Source: Candidatus Methylomirabilia bacterium
GTDB lineage: Bacteria > Methylomirabilota > Methylomirabilia > Rokubacteriales > CSP1-6
DNA: 23,413 bases
Reading direction: 5' to 3'
NCBI GenBank assembly: GCA_041496385.1
Contig: JBGQEL010000063.1
Span: forward strand, 1 to 23,413
The translations under genes and the position numbers were made by a program. Within the stretch, counting starts at the first letter, position 1. Each line of letters starts with the position of its first letter. The notes under the pieces were generated by a model. The model had not been told where the DNA came from. It was given only the letters and a program-made list of their open reading frames with translations, and did not search any database. Of this stretch, positions 7,750 to 17,294 are shown in pieces.

Positions 7750-10059
7750 ATGAACACGCCGGAAGGCGCGGACGAGCTCGCGGTCCTCGAGCGCATCCAG
7801 CGGAAAGTGCTCTGGCTGGGCACCTGGATGGTGCATCACGCCAACACCCTCCGGCCTGGCGCCGACGGCACGAAGGTGGGCGGCCACCAGGCCTCGTCGG
7901 CCTCCGTCGCGAGCCTCCTCACCACGCTCTACTTCGGGGCGCTCCGGGCCGATGACCTCGTCGCGGTGAAGGCCCACGCCGCGCCGGCGTTCTACGCCTG
8001 CCGGTACCTGCGAGGGCACCTTGCGCAGTCCGCGCTCGGCGAGCTGCGCGCGTTCGGCGGCCTGCAGGCCTATCCCAGTCGGCGGAAGAATCCGGAGATC
8101 GTGGACCTGTCCACGGGCTCGATGGGCCTCGGCGCGGTGCAGGCGACGTTCTGCGCGCTCGGCGCACAGTACCTCGCCGATCATGGGCGCCTCACGCCGC
8201 CGGGGCGGATCATCGTGATGGTCGGTGACGCCGAGCTGGACGAAGGCAACGTCTGGGAGGCCCTCGCCGAGGAGGCGGTCGCGCGGCTCGGCCGAGTCCT
8301 CTGGATCGTGGATGTCAACCGCCAGGCGCTCGACCGTGTCGTGCCCGACGCGCGCACGCGCCAGCTCGGCGCGATGTTCAGCGCGTGCGGCTGGCGCGTG
8401 CACGAGCTCCGCTGGGGACGCAAGCTCCGCGCGTGCTTCGGGGCGGCCGGGGGCGATCGTCTCGAGCGCCGGCTCGGCACGCTGTCGAACGCCGAGTACC
8501 ACCGCCTCCTGCGCGAGCCGGCGGGCGCGGTGCGAAAGGCCCTCGTCACCGACGGCGACGGGCGGACCGACGCCGCGCTTGACCGCCTCCTCGGCGGTCT
8601 CGACGACGTGGCGCTGGCGGCGCTCGTCGCGGACACGGGCGGCCACGACCTTGCGCTGATCCAGGAGGCGCTCGACGAGGCCGAGCGCGAGCGCGACCGC
8701 CCGTCGGTCATCCTCGCCCACACGATCAAGGGCTGGGGCCTGCCGCTCGCGGCGGACCCGCTCAATCACACGGCGTTGCTCACGCCGGCGCAGATCGGGG
8801 AGTTCCGCGCGTCGCTCGGCATCGCGCCGGGTGCCGAGTGGGACGGATTCGCGCCCGGGAGCGAGGAGGCCGCGCTGATCCGGCGCCTTCCCCCGCTTTT
8901 CTCATCGCCGAGCCCGGCGGCGGCGCCGGCGGTGCCGGTGACGGTGGACGAGACCTATCCCGCCGCCTGCTCGACCCAGGAAGCGTTCGGCCGGGTGCTC
9001 GGCGTGCTCGCGCGCGCTGAGGTCGGAGCGGCGGTCGTGACCGTGTCGGCCGACGTGGCCGTGACGACGCACCTGGCGGGCTGGATCAACCGCAAGGGGG
9101 TCTACTTTCCCGAGGCGCGGCCGAACCCGTTCGCCGACTCGGCGCAGGCGGTGCAATGGCGGGAGTCGCCCGCGGGCCAGCACATCGAGCTCGGCATCGC
9201 GGAGCACAACCTGTTCCTGCTCCTGGGTGCCCTCGGCCTGGCGCGCGAGCTCACGGGCGTGACGCTGCTTCCCATCGGCACTCTTTACGACCCGTTCGTG
9301 CTGCGCGGCCTCGACGCCCTCTATCACGCGCTCTACGCGGGCGGACGCTTCGTCGTCGCGGCGACGCCGTCGGGCGTGAGCCTGGCGCCCGAGGGAGGCG
9401 CCCACCAGTCCGTGATCACGCCGGGAATCGGCGTGGCGCTCCCGGCCATCTCGTATTTCGAGCCCGCGTTCGCGCGCGAGGTGGAGTGGATCCTGCTCGA
9501 CGCCCTGCGCGGCCTCGCCGACCGCACGGGCGAGAGTCTCTATCTCCGGCTCTCGACGAAGCCCGTGGACCAGACCCTCGCACCGCCCCCGGGCGCGGAC
9601 TATCGTCAGCGCGTCCTGCGCGGCGCCTATCGCCTCATCGACGCGCGGGGCGAGGCCGGCTGGGACCCCGAGATCAACGCGGTCTCGCTCTTCGCCGCCG
9701 GCGCCATGGTCCCGGAGGCGGTGGAGGCGAGCCGGCTTCTGCGCGAGGCGGGCGCGCTCGCCAGCGTTTTCGTCGTCACGAGCCCCGACCGCGTCTACCG
9801 GGGCCTCCGGGAGCCGCACCCGTACCTCGAGGAGCTCGTCGGCGCCGACGAGGAAGGCGTGCCCGTCGTCTCGGTCCTCGACGGGCACTCGCACGGTCTC
9901 GCCTTCCTGGGCGGCGCGCTCGGCGTCCCGCAGCTCGCGCTCGGCGTGGACGACTTCGGCCAGTCGGGCACGCGCGCGGACCTCTATCGCCGCTACGGGA
10001 TCGACGCGCCGGCGCTCGCGCGCGCGGCGCTCACGATCCTCGGCCGCCGCTCGACTTGA
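7750..10059 (+). CDS. aceE: ThDP-dependent enzyme, pyruvate dehydrogenase E1 (AceE)-like / transketolase superfamily
   Basis: KVGGHQASSAS, STGSMGLG, the ThDP-binding motif GDAELDEG...N, HIELGIAE, PEGGAHQS and DDFGQSG. Confidence 0.82.
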   Translation: MNTPEGADELAVLERIQRKVLWLGTWMVHHANTLRPGADGTKVGGHQASSASVASLLTTLYFGALRADDLVAVKAHAAPAFYACRYLRGHLAQSALGELRAFGGLQAYPSRRKNPEIVDLSTGSMGLGAVQATFCALGAQYLADHGRLTPPGRIIVMVGDAELDEGNVWEALAEEAVARLGRVLWIVDVNRQALDRVVPDARTRQLGAMFSACGWRVHELRWGRKLRACFGAAGGDRLERRLGTLSNAEYHRLLREPAGAVRKALVTDGDGRTDAALDRLLGGLDDVALAALVADTGGHDLALIQEALDEAERERDRPSVILAHTIKGWGLPLAADPLNHTALLTPAQIGEFRASLGIAPGAEWDGFAPGSEEAALIRRLPPLFSSPSPAAAPAVPVTVDETYPAACSTQEAFGRVLGVLARAEVGAAVVTVSADVAVTTHLAGWINRKGVYFPEARPNPFADSAQAVQWRESPAGQHIELGIAEHNLFLLLGALGLARELTGVTLLPIGTLYDPFVLRGLDALYHALYAGGRFVVAATPSGVSLAPEGGAHQSVITPGIGVALPAISYFEPAFAREVEWILLDALRGLADRTGESLYLRLSTKPVDQTLAPPPGADYRQRVLRGAYRLIDARGEAGWDPEINAVSLFAAGAMVPEAVEASRLLREAGALASVFVVTSPDRVYRGLREPHPYLEELVGADEEGVPVVSVLDGHSHGLAFLGGALGVPQLALGVDDFGQSGTRADLYRRYGIDAPALARAALTILGRRST

Positions 10060-10084
10060 CCGTCTGAAACGCCGCGGCTACTCT
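10056..10084 (+). promoter_or_regulatory. Sigma-70-type promoter for the M24 gene
   Basis: TTGACC (10056-10061, overlapping the upstream stop codon), a 17-nt spacer, then TACTCT (10079-10084). A GGAGGAG RBS precedes the ATG at 10123. Confidence 0.6.
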
Positions 10085-10122
10085 CGGCCATCCCGCGAGC
10101 CCGCGGGCGGAGGAGTCTCGCC

Positions 10123-11427
10123 ATGGTGAAGAAGAAGCGCGTCGAGCCCCGCGCCGTGACGCCGGACCAGGTGGACCCGCGTCACGACTGGGCGCGGCCG
10201 ATCCAGGCGCCCGGGCGCATGCAGGTGGACTTCGAGGAGCGCGTGGACTTCCGCCGCCTCCACGAGTACCGTCTGGCGCGCGTGCGCCGCGCGCTCGCGG
10301 ACTCGAGCCTCGGCGCGCTCCTCTGCTTCGATCAGCACAACATCCGCTACACGACGAGTACCGTCATCGGCGAGTGGGCGCGCGACAAGCTCACACGCTG
10401 GTCCCTGCTCACCGGCAACGGCCATCCCTACGTCTGGGACTTCGGCTCGGCGGCCAAGCACCACCGCCTCCACGCGCCGTGGCTCGAGCCGACGCACTGC
10501 CTCGCGGGCCTGGTCGGCCTGCGCGGCGCCGTCTCCCCGAAGGCCGGGCTTTTCCGCGCCGCCGCGGAGGAGATCAAGGCGATCCTCGTCGCCGAGGGGG
10601 TCGCCGGGATGCCGCTCGGCATCGACGTGGTCGAGCCGCCGTTCCTGTTCGAGCTGCAGCGGCTCGGGATCGAGGTGAGCGACGCCCAGCAGGTGATGCT
10701 CGACGCGCGCCAGCTCAAGAGCGCGGACGAGATCACGCTCCTCAACATGGCGGCCGCGATGGGCGACGGCGTCTATCAGGACATCGCCGAGGCGCTCAAG
10801 CCGGGCGTCCGCGAGAACGAGATCGTGGCGCTCGCGAGCAAGCGCCTCTACGAGATGGGCTCGGATTGCGTCGAGGCGATCAACGCGATCTCCGGCGAGC
10901 GCTGCTCCCCGCACCCGCACAACTTCACCGACCGGCTGATCCGGCCGGGCGACCAGGCGTTCTTCGACATCATCCAGTCGTTCGTGGGCTACCGCACCTG
11001 CTACTACCGCACCTTCAACGTCGGGCGAGCGACGCGCGCGCAGGTGGACGCCTACAAGAAAGCGCGCGAGTGGATGGACAAGGCGATCGCGATGCTGAAG
11101 CCGGGCGTCGCGACCGACCGGATCGCGCGGTGCTTTCCGCGCTCGCAGGAGATAGGGTTCGCGTCCGAGATGGAGGCGTTCGGCCTGAACTTCTGCCACG
11201 GGCTCGGCCTCGGGCTCCACGAGCGGCCGATCATCAGCCGTCTGAACTCGCTCGACGACCCGATGGAGCTCGAGGCGGGGATGGTCTTCGCCGTCGAGAC
11301 GTACTGCCCGGCGATCGACGGCGTGTCCGCCGCGCGCATCGAGGAGGAGGTCGTCCTCACGCCGGGCGGCGCCAAGATCATCACACTCTACCCGGCGGAG
11401 GAGCTCCCGATCGCCAACCCGTATTGA
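10123..11427 (+). CDS. M24-family (Xaa-Pro peptidase/creatinase fold) hydrolase
   Basis: N-terminal creatinase-like region (NIRYTT), then KSADEI, FFDI, HGLGLGLHERP, FAVETY and RIEEEV. Confidence 0.88.
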   Translation: MVKKKRVEPRAVTPDQVDPRHDWARPIQAPGRMQVDFEERVDFRRLHEYRLARVRRALADSSLGALLCFDQHNIRYTTSTVIGEWARDKLTRWSLLTGNGHPYVWDFGSAAKHHRLHAPWLEPTHCLAGLVGLRGAVSPKAGLFRAAAEEIKAILVAEGVAGMPLGIDVVEPPFLFELQRLGIEVSDAQQVMLDARQLKSADEITLLNMAAAMGDGVYQDIAEALKPGVRENEIVALASKRLYEMGSDCVEAINAISGERCSPHPHNFTDRLIRPGDQAFFDIIQSFVGYRTCYYRTFNVGRATRAQVDAYKKAREWMDKAIAMLKPGVATDRIARCFPRSQEIGFASEMEAFGLNFCHGLGLGLHERPIISRLNSLDDPMELEAGMVFAVETYCPAIDGVSAARIEEEVVLTPGGAKIITLYPAEELPIANPY

Positions 11428-11449
11428 GCTATACTTCCGGATACCCCTT

Positions 11450-12925
11450 ATGGCGACGCTGACGGCCGCGCGCAAGACGGGGCTCCGCCGGGAGCTCGAG
11501 GCCATCGTCGGGCCCGGCGCCGTGCTGTCCGACCCCGACGAGCTCCTCGTCTACGAATCCGACGGCCTCACGCTCTTCCGCGCGCTCGCCGACTTCGTCG
11601 TGTTTCCCACCTCGGCCGAGCACGTCGCCGCCGTCGTGAAGCTCGCCGCGCGCGAGCGGCTGCCGTTCGTGGCGCGCGGCGCCGGGACCGGGCTCTCGGG
11701 CGGGTGCCTGCCGGCCGAGGGCGGCATCGTCATCTCGCTGATGCGCATGAACCGCGTCCTCGAGGTGGACTACGCCAACCAGCTCGCGGTCGTCGAGCCG
11801 GGGCTCGTGAACCTCCACCTCTCGTGGAAGGTCGGGCCCAAGGGTTACTACTACGCGCCCGACCCGTCGAGCCAGCAGGCGTGCACGATCGGCGGCAACA
11901 TCGCCAACAACTCGGGTGGGCCGCACACGCTGAAGTACGGCGTGACGACGAACCACGTCCTGGGGCTCGAGGTCGTGCTGCCCGACGGCGAGATCGTCTG
12001 GCTCGGCGGCCGGACGCGCGAGACACCCGGGTACGACCTCGCCGGTGTCTTCGTCGGCTCCGAGGGGACCTTCGGGATCGCGACGAAGATCGTCGTGCGC
12101 ATCCTCAAGAAGCCGCAGGCGGTCAAGACGGTGCTCGCCGTCTTCGGCGATGTCGACCAGGCTTCGGCCGCCGTGTCGGCGATCATCGCGCGGGGGCTCG
12201 TACCGGCCGCCGTCGAGATGATCGACCAGCTCACGATCCAGGCCGTCGAGGACGCGTTCGGCTGCGGGTACCCGCGCGATGCGGCGGCGGCGCTGCTCGT
12301 GGAGCTCGACGGGCTCCTCGTCGGCCTCGACGCGCAGGCCGAGCAGATCGTGCAGGCGTGCCGCGACTCGGGCGCGCGCGAGGTGCGGACGGCGCGCGAC
12401 GAGAGCGAGCGCGCGCTGCTCTGGAAGGGGCGGAAGTCGGCGTTCGGCGCCTACGGCCGGATTTCGCCCGCGTACATGGTGATGGACGGCGTCATCCCCC
12501 GGACGAAGCTGCCGTATGTCCTCCGTCGCGTGAACGAGATCGTCGCCGCCCACGGCCTCCGCGTGGGCAACGTCTTCCACGCGGGCGACGGCAACCTCCA
12601 CCCGAACATCCTCTATGATCCGCGCAAGCCCGGCGAGGAGGCGCGGGTCGTCGAGGCCGGCGCCGCGATCATGAAGGTCTGCGCCGGGGTCGGCGGCTCG
12701 ATCTCCGGGGAGCACGGCATCGGTCTGGAGAAGTCGGACTTCATGCCGTTCATCTTTTCGGCCGCCGATCTCGCCCTGATGCACCGCCTCAAGAGCGCCT
12801 TCAATCCCACCGGACTCTGCAATCCGGGCAAGATCTTCCCCACCAAGAAGTCCTGCGTCGAGGTGGGGCCCGTCGCCTACAAGCCTCACGCGATCGAGGA
12901 ACAGGGCCTCGCCCAGCGCTTCTAG
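11450..12925 (+). CDS. glcD: FAD-linked oxidase, glycolate oxidase subunit GlcD-like
   Basis: ARGAGTGLSGG, PDPSSQ..CTIGGN, GSEGTFG, HAGDGNLHP, GEHGIG and NPGKIFP. TATACT -10 at 11430-11435. Confidence 0.9.
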   Translation: MATLTAARKTGLRRELEAIVGPGAVLSDPDELLVYESDGLTLFRALADFVVFPTSAEHVAAVVKLAARERLPFVARGAGTGLSGGCLPAEGGIVISLMRMNRVLEVDYANQLAVVEPGLVNLHLSWKVGPKGYYYAPDPSSQQACTIGGNIANNSGGPHTLKYGVTTNHVLGLEVVLPDGEIVWLGGRTRETPGYDLAGVFVGSEGTFGIATKIVVRILKKPQAVKTVLAVFGDVDQASAAVSAIIARGLVPAAVEMIDQLTIQAVEDAFGCGYPRDAAAALLVELDGLLVGLDAQAEQIVQACRDSGAREVRTARDESERALLWKGRKSAFGAYGRISPAYMVMDGVIPRTKLPYVLRRVNEIVAAHGLRVGNVFHAGDGNLHPNILYDPRKPGEEARVVEAGAAIMKVCAGVGGSISGEHGIGLEKSDFMPFIFSAADLALMHRLKSAFNPTGLCNPGKIFPTKKSCVEVGPVAYKPHAIEEQGLAQRF

Positions 12926-12944
12926 CGCGGGCGTCGCGCGCCGC

Positions 12945-14282
12945 GTGCAGGACGCGCTGCTCGAACGGCTTTCCGCCACCGTCGGTCCGGCGAACGTGCT
13001 GAGGGGCGTCGATCTCTCACCGTACGCGGTCGAGGGCCGGACACCCGAGGCGGCCGTGTTCCCCGGTTCGCTCGACGAGGTCGCGGCCGTGATCGCCATC
13101 GCCGCCGAGAGGGAGGTGCCCGTCAACCCGTGGGGAGGCGGCACCGCGGCGTCCGTCGGGATGCCCGCCCTCCGCGCGGGCCTCGTGCTCGGGCTGCGGC
13201 GGCTCGACCGGCTCGTGGAGCACGAGCCCGGCGATCTGACGGTCACGGTCGAGGCGGGCATGACGGTGTCGGCGCTGCAGGCGGCGCTCCGGGATCGGGG
13301 CCAGTGGCTCTCGCTCGACCCCCCCGAGGCCGAGCGGGCGACCATCGGCGGCGTGCTCGCGGCGAACGCATCGGGGCCGCGCCGTCACCTCTACGGGACA
13401 GCGCGCGATCTCCTCATCGGCGTCACCGTCGTCACCGCGGATGCCGCGGTCGTCAAGGGCGGCGGCAAGGTGGTGAAGAACGTCGCCGGCTACGACCTGC
13501 CGAAGCTCTTCATCGGCTCGTACGGGACGCTGGGCGTGATCGTCGAGGCGACGCTGAAGCTCCGCCCGGCGCCCGACACCGAGCGCCTGGTTGCCGTGCG
13601 GTTCGACCGGCTCAAGGACGCGGGCGCGGCGATCCGAGCGCTGATGTCCTCCGATCTGATCCCGAATGCGGTCGAGCTTCTCGACGCGACCGCCGCGGCG
13701 GCGCTCGGGCCCGGAGCGACGGGGGGCGCGCCTGGCCTCGGCGCGGTGCTCGTCGTGGGGTTCGATGGGCTGGCGGAGCAGGTCGAGTGGCAGTGCGCGG
13801 AGCTCGCGCGGCTGGCGGCGCAGCACGGCGCCGGTGACGTGGCACCCCTGGCACCCGAGGTCTGGCCGCGGCTTGCGGTCGCGGCCCGCGCGGCAGTCCC
13901 CGTCGCGAGCGCGGTGATGCGGTTCGCGGTGCTGCCGACGCAGGTCGCGGAGCTGATGGAGCACGGGGCCGACGTCGCACGCGCGCGAGGCCTCCAGACG
14001 GCGTGGGCCTCGCATGCCGGCGTCGGCGTCGTCACTGCGTCGATCTTCGCGGAGCGCGCGCTGCGGGAGCCTGCGCCCGTCGTCGCGGCGCTGACCGCGT
14101 GGCGGGAGATGGCGCGCGCGGGGGGCGGCCACGCGACGCTCGACTGGGCGCCGCTCGCGGTCAAATCGCAGGTCGCCGTCTGGGACGATCTCGGCGCGGC
14201 GGGGCGCCTCATGCAGCGCATCAAGGCGCAGCTCGACCCGAAGGGGCTCCTGAACCCCGGCCGCTTCGTCGGCGGAATCTGA
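12945..14282 (+). CDS. glcE: FAD-binding subunit GlcE-like
   Basis: ATIGGVLAANASGPRR, GGKVVKNVAGYDL, GSYGTLG and DPKGLLNPGRF. Lies between glcD and glcF. Confidence 0.88.
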   Translation: MQDALLERLSATVGPANVLRGVDLSPYAVEGRTPEAAVFPGSLDEVAAVIAIAAEREVPVNPWGGGTAASVGMPALRAGLVLGLRRLDRLVEHEPGDLTVTVEAGMTVSALQAALRDRGQWLSLDPPEAERATIGGVLAANASGPRRHLYGTARDLLIGVTVVTADAAVVKGGGKVVKNVAGYDLPKLFIGSYGTLGVIVEATLKLRPAPDTERLVAVRFDRLKDAGAAIRALMSSDLIPNAVELLDATAAAALGPGATGGAPGLGAVLVVGFDGLAEQVEWQCAELARLAAQHGAGDVAPLAPEVWPRLAVAARAAVPVASAVMRFAVLPTQVAELMEHGADVARARGLQTAWASHAGVGVVTASIFAERALREPAPVVAALTAWREMARAGGGHATLDWAPLAVKSQVAVWDDLGAAGRLMQRIKAQLDPKGLLNPGRFVGGI

Positions 14283-14293
14283 GGCGCCCGCGT

Positions 14294-15619
14294 ATGACGC
14301 ACACCCTCCACGAGCCGGCGCAGACGAGCGCGGCGCCGCTCGCCCTGCACGGCCTCTCGGTCGAGGGCGTCAACCAGTGCGTCCACTGCGGCCTCTGCCT
14401 CGCCGCCTGCCCGACCTTCTCCGTGCTCGGCACGGAGATGGACTCGCCCCGCGGGCGCATCTTCCTCATCAAATCGCTCGCCGAAGGCCGCATCGCACTC
14501 ACCGACTCGACGGTCGCGCACCTCTCCCTCTGCCTCGACTGCCGGGCGTGCGAGACCGCCTGCCCCGCGGGCGTTCCCTATGGCCGGCTCATCGAGGCGG
14601 CGAAGGCCGGGATCGAGCGTGAGCGTCCCGGCTCGCCCGCGCGGCGGCTCTTCCGCTGGCTGAACTTCGGGCTCCTGCTCGGCCATCCCCGGATGCTCGC
14701 GCTGGCCGCGACGGCGCTGCGGATCTACCAGGCGAGCGGCCTCCAGCTCCTGGTGCGACGAACCGGCCTCGTGAGGCTTCTGCCGGGGACGCTCTCCGCG
14801 TGGGAGGCGCTCCTGCCGCGGCTGCCGGCGCGCGCCGATCGCGCGCCGCTCCCGCCGTTCGTCGCGGCTGAGGGCCCGCGGCGTGCGCGGGTCGCCCTGC
14901 TCACGGGCTGCATCCAGGCGGTCGTGTTCGGCGCGCACAACCGCGCGACGGCGCGTGTCCTGGCGATGAACGGCTGCGACGTCGTCGTGCCGGAGGGTCA
15001 GGGCTGCTGCGGCGCCCTCAACGCCCACGGCGGCGATCACGCGCGCGCGCTCGAGATGGCTCGGCGAACGATCGAGACGTTCGAGGGGGCGGGCGCCGAC
15101 GCCGTGATCGTCAACACGTCGGGCTGCGGCGCGCACATGAAAGGGTACGGGCACCTGCTCGCGGGCGACCCGGTGTGGGCCGCGCGCGCCGAGCGCTTCG
15201 CGGCCTCGGTCCAGGACGTCTCCGAGTTCCTCGCGAAAGCGCCGCTGGCCGGGCGGCTCGCGCCGGTGCGGATGAAGGCCACCTACCACGATCCCTGCCA
15301 CGTGGTCCACGGCCAGAAGATCCGGAGTCAGCCGCGCGCGCTCCTCGCCCAGATCCCCGGGCTCGAGGTCGTGGACCTTCCCGAGTCGGACTGGTGCTGC
15401 GGCTCCGCGGGCATCTACAACCTGACCCAGCCCGAGATGGCGGCGCGCCTGCTCGAGCGGAAGGTGAATCACGTCCTCGAGACCGGCGCCGAGGCGGTCG
15501 TCACCGCCAACCCGGGCTGCATCCTCCAGATTCAGGCGGGACTCCGCTCCCGCGGCGCCGACGTCGCCGTGCTCCACATCGTCGAGCTGCTGGAGCGCGC
15601 GTACCACCCGCCCGCATGA
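14294..15619 (+). CDS. glcF: Iron-sulfur subunit GlcF (2x[4Fe-4S] plus CCG domains)
   Basis: CVHCGLCLAACP, CLDCRACETACP, CCGA, YHDPCH, WCCGSAG and NPGC. Confidence 0.9.
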   Translation: MTHTLHEPAQTSAAPLALHGLSVEGVNQCVHCGLCLAACPTFSVLGTEMDSPRGRIFLIKSLAEGRIALTDSTVAHLSLCLDCRACETACPAGVPYGRLIEAAKAGIERERPGSPARRLFRWLNFGLLLGHPRMLALAATALRIYQASGLQLLVRRTGLVRLLPGTLSAWEALLPRLPARADRAPLPPFVAAEGPRRARVALLTGCIQAVVFGAHNRATARVLAMNGCDVVVPEGQGCCGALNAHGGDHARALEMARRTIETFEGAGADAVIVNTSGCGAHMKGYGHLLAGDPVWAARAERFAASVQDVSEFLAKAPLAGRLAPVRMKATYHDPCHVVHGQKIRSQPRALLAQIPGLEVVDLPESDWCCGSAGIYNLTQPEMAARLLERKVNHVLETGAEAVVTANPGCILQIQAGLRSRGADVAVLHIVELLERAYHPPA

Positions 15620-16134
15620 GCGACGCGGCCGCGACGCCCCGCGAGCACAAGGCCCACGCGCCGGCATCCGTCGGCTGCTGGGTGGTGACGATCTCGGACT
15701 CGAAGACGGATGAGACCGACACGAGCGGTGCCCTGATCCGCCAGCTCCTGGCCGCGGCCGACCAGGGCGTGGTCGGCTCCACGATCGTGCGCGACGAGCC
15801 CGCCGACGTCCAGCGCGTCGTCCGGGAGGCGTGCCGCGACGAGCGCGTGCAGGTGGTGATCCTCACGGGCGGCACGGGAATCACGTCGCGCGACTCGACC
15901 TTCGAGGCGGTGGACGCGCTGCTCGACAAGCGCCTGCCGGGATTCGGCGAGCTCTTCCGGATGCTCTCCTGGCAGGAGGTGGGCGCGGCCGCCATGCTCT
16001 CGCGCGCGCAGATGGGAGTCCACGCTCGGCGGATCGTCGTCTCGCTTCCGGGATCACCCAACGCCTGCCGCCTCGCGCTCGAGAAGCTGCTGATCCCGGA
16101 GCTCGGGCACCTCGTGCGGGAACTGCGTCGCTAG
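15616..16134 (+). CDS. moaB: MoaB/MogA-family molybdenum cofactor biosynthesis protein
   Basis: TISDS, DTSG, TGGTGITSRD, LPGFGELFR, AMLSRA and LPGSPNAC. ATGA overlap with glcF. Confidence 0.9.
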   Translation: MSDAAATPREHKAHAPASVGCWVVTISDSKTDETDTSGALIRQLLAAADQGVVGSTIVRDEPADVQRVVREACRDERVQVVILTGGTGITSRDSTFEAVDALLDKRLPGFGELFRMLSWQEVGAAAMLSRAQMGVHARRIVVSLPGSPNACRLALEKLLIPELGHLVRELRR

Positions 16135-16177
16135 CGTGCGTATACTTGAGGGGCGAGCCCTTTCAAGGAGGACCCGG

Positions 16178-17293
16178 ATGGCAAGGTTCCGATCGAGCAC
16201 GATCACGATGCTGCTCCTGGTCTCGGCGCTGGCGGCGGGGTGCGCGGGCGCCGCGGGCACGGACGGGCGGCCGGTCGCGTTCAAGGACGGCAACGGCGCG
16301 GGCGCGGCGCCGGAACTCGTGCGGTTCAACTCGGCGCTCGCCGACTTGGCCGAGCGGCTCCGGCCCGGTCTCGTCCATGTGCGCGTCCGCCGCGGCGCCC
16401 CGCGGGAAGAGGCGCGCGACGAGCCCGGCGACCGCCGCAGCACGGGCTCGGGATTCGTCGTCGACCCGAGCGGGCTCATCGTCACGAACGCCCACGTGGT
16501 GGACGGCGCCGAGCAGATCCAGGTGCGGCTCTCCGACGGCCGCCGCTTCCCCGGCAAGCTCGTGGGCCGCGACAATCGCGTGGACCTGGCGCTCCTCAAG
16601 GTCGACGGCGCGACCAACCTCACGGTCCTGACCGTCGGCGATTCGAACCGGCTTCGCGTCGGCGAGTTCGTGCTGGCGCTCGGGCACCCGTTCGGCCTCG
16701 AGCAGAGCGTGTCCTTCGGGATCGTCAGCCGCAAGGGCGCGCCGCTCATGGTGGCGGCGCCCGGGTTCGACTTCATCCAAACCGACGCCGCGATCAACCC
16801 GGGCAATTCCGGCGGGCCGCTCGTGAACATTGCGGGTGAGGTGATCGGCGTCAACAGCATGGCGGCGCGCAACGGCTCGATCGGGTTCGCGATCCCCTCG
16901 AACCTCGTCAAGATGCTTCTCCCGCAGCTCGCGACGAAGGGCAAGGTGGAGTGGGGCTGGCTCGGCGTCTCGATCGCCGAGATCACCGAGGAAGACGTCG
17001 ACCGCCTCAAGCTCCGTGAGCCGCGCGGCGTGCTCGTCCGCGCCGTCATGCCGGGCGAGCCCGCCGACCAGGGCGGCGTCCGCGCCAACGACGTGATCCT
17101 CGGCATCGACGGCGCGATGCTCGACAGCCCGCGCGACCTCCAGCGCGTGGTCTCGTCGACACCCGTGGGCAAGAAGGTCCGCGTCGCGCTGCTGCGCGAC
17201 GGGCGCGAGACCGAGGTCGAGGTGACGATCGGCGTCTACCAGGAGCCCCAGGCGCTGCCGGCGGAGCGGCCCCGTCGGGAGCCGTCGAAGTAG
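16178..17293 (+). CDS. htrA: HtrA/DegP-family serine protease with one PDZ domain; lipoprotein signal
   Basis: LAAGC lipobox. Catalytic triad in TNAHVV, DLALLK and GNSGG. GWLGV PDZ domain. AAGGAGG RBS and TATACT at 16141-16146. Confidence 0.9.
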   Translation: MARFRSSTITMLLLVSALAAGCAGAAGTDGRPVAFKDGNGAGAAPELVRFNSALADLAERLRPGLVHVRVRRGAPREEARDEPGDRRSTGSGFVVDPSGLIVTNAHVVDGAEQIQVRLSDGRRFPGKLVGRDNRVDLALLKVDGATNLTVLTVGDSNRLRVGEFVLALGHPFGLEQSVSFGIVSRKGAPLMVAAPGFDFIQTDAAINPGNSGGPLVNIAGEVIGVNSMAARNGSIGFAIPSNLVKMLLPQLATKGKVEWGWLGVSIAEITEEDVDRLKLREPRGVLVRAVMPGEPADQGGVRANDVILGIDGAMLDSPRDLQRVVSSTPVGKKVRVALLRDGRETEVEVTIGVYQEPQALPAERPRREPSK

Positions 17294-17294
17294 G

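Noticed and set aside
10078..15667. Long antisense ORFs (10078-11505, 11429-13345, 13490-15667) and similar shadow ORFs elsewhere, e.g. 20758-22350
   Set aside because: They mirror well-supported genes. Scarcity of stop codons at high GC3 explains them, and they contain no recognisable motifs.
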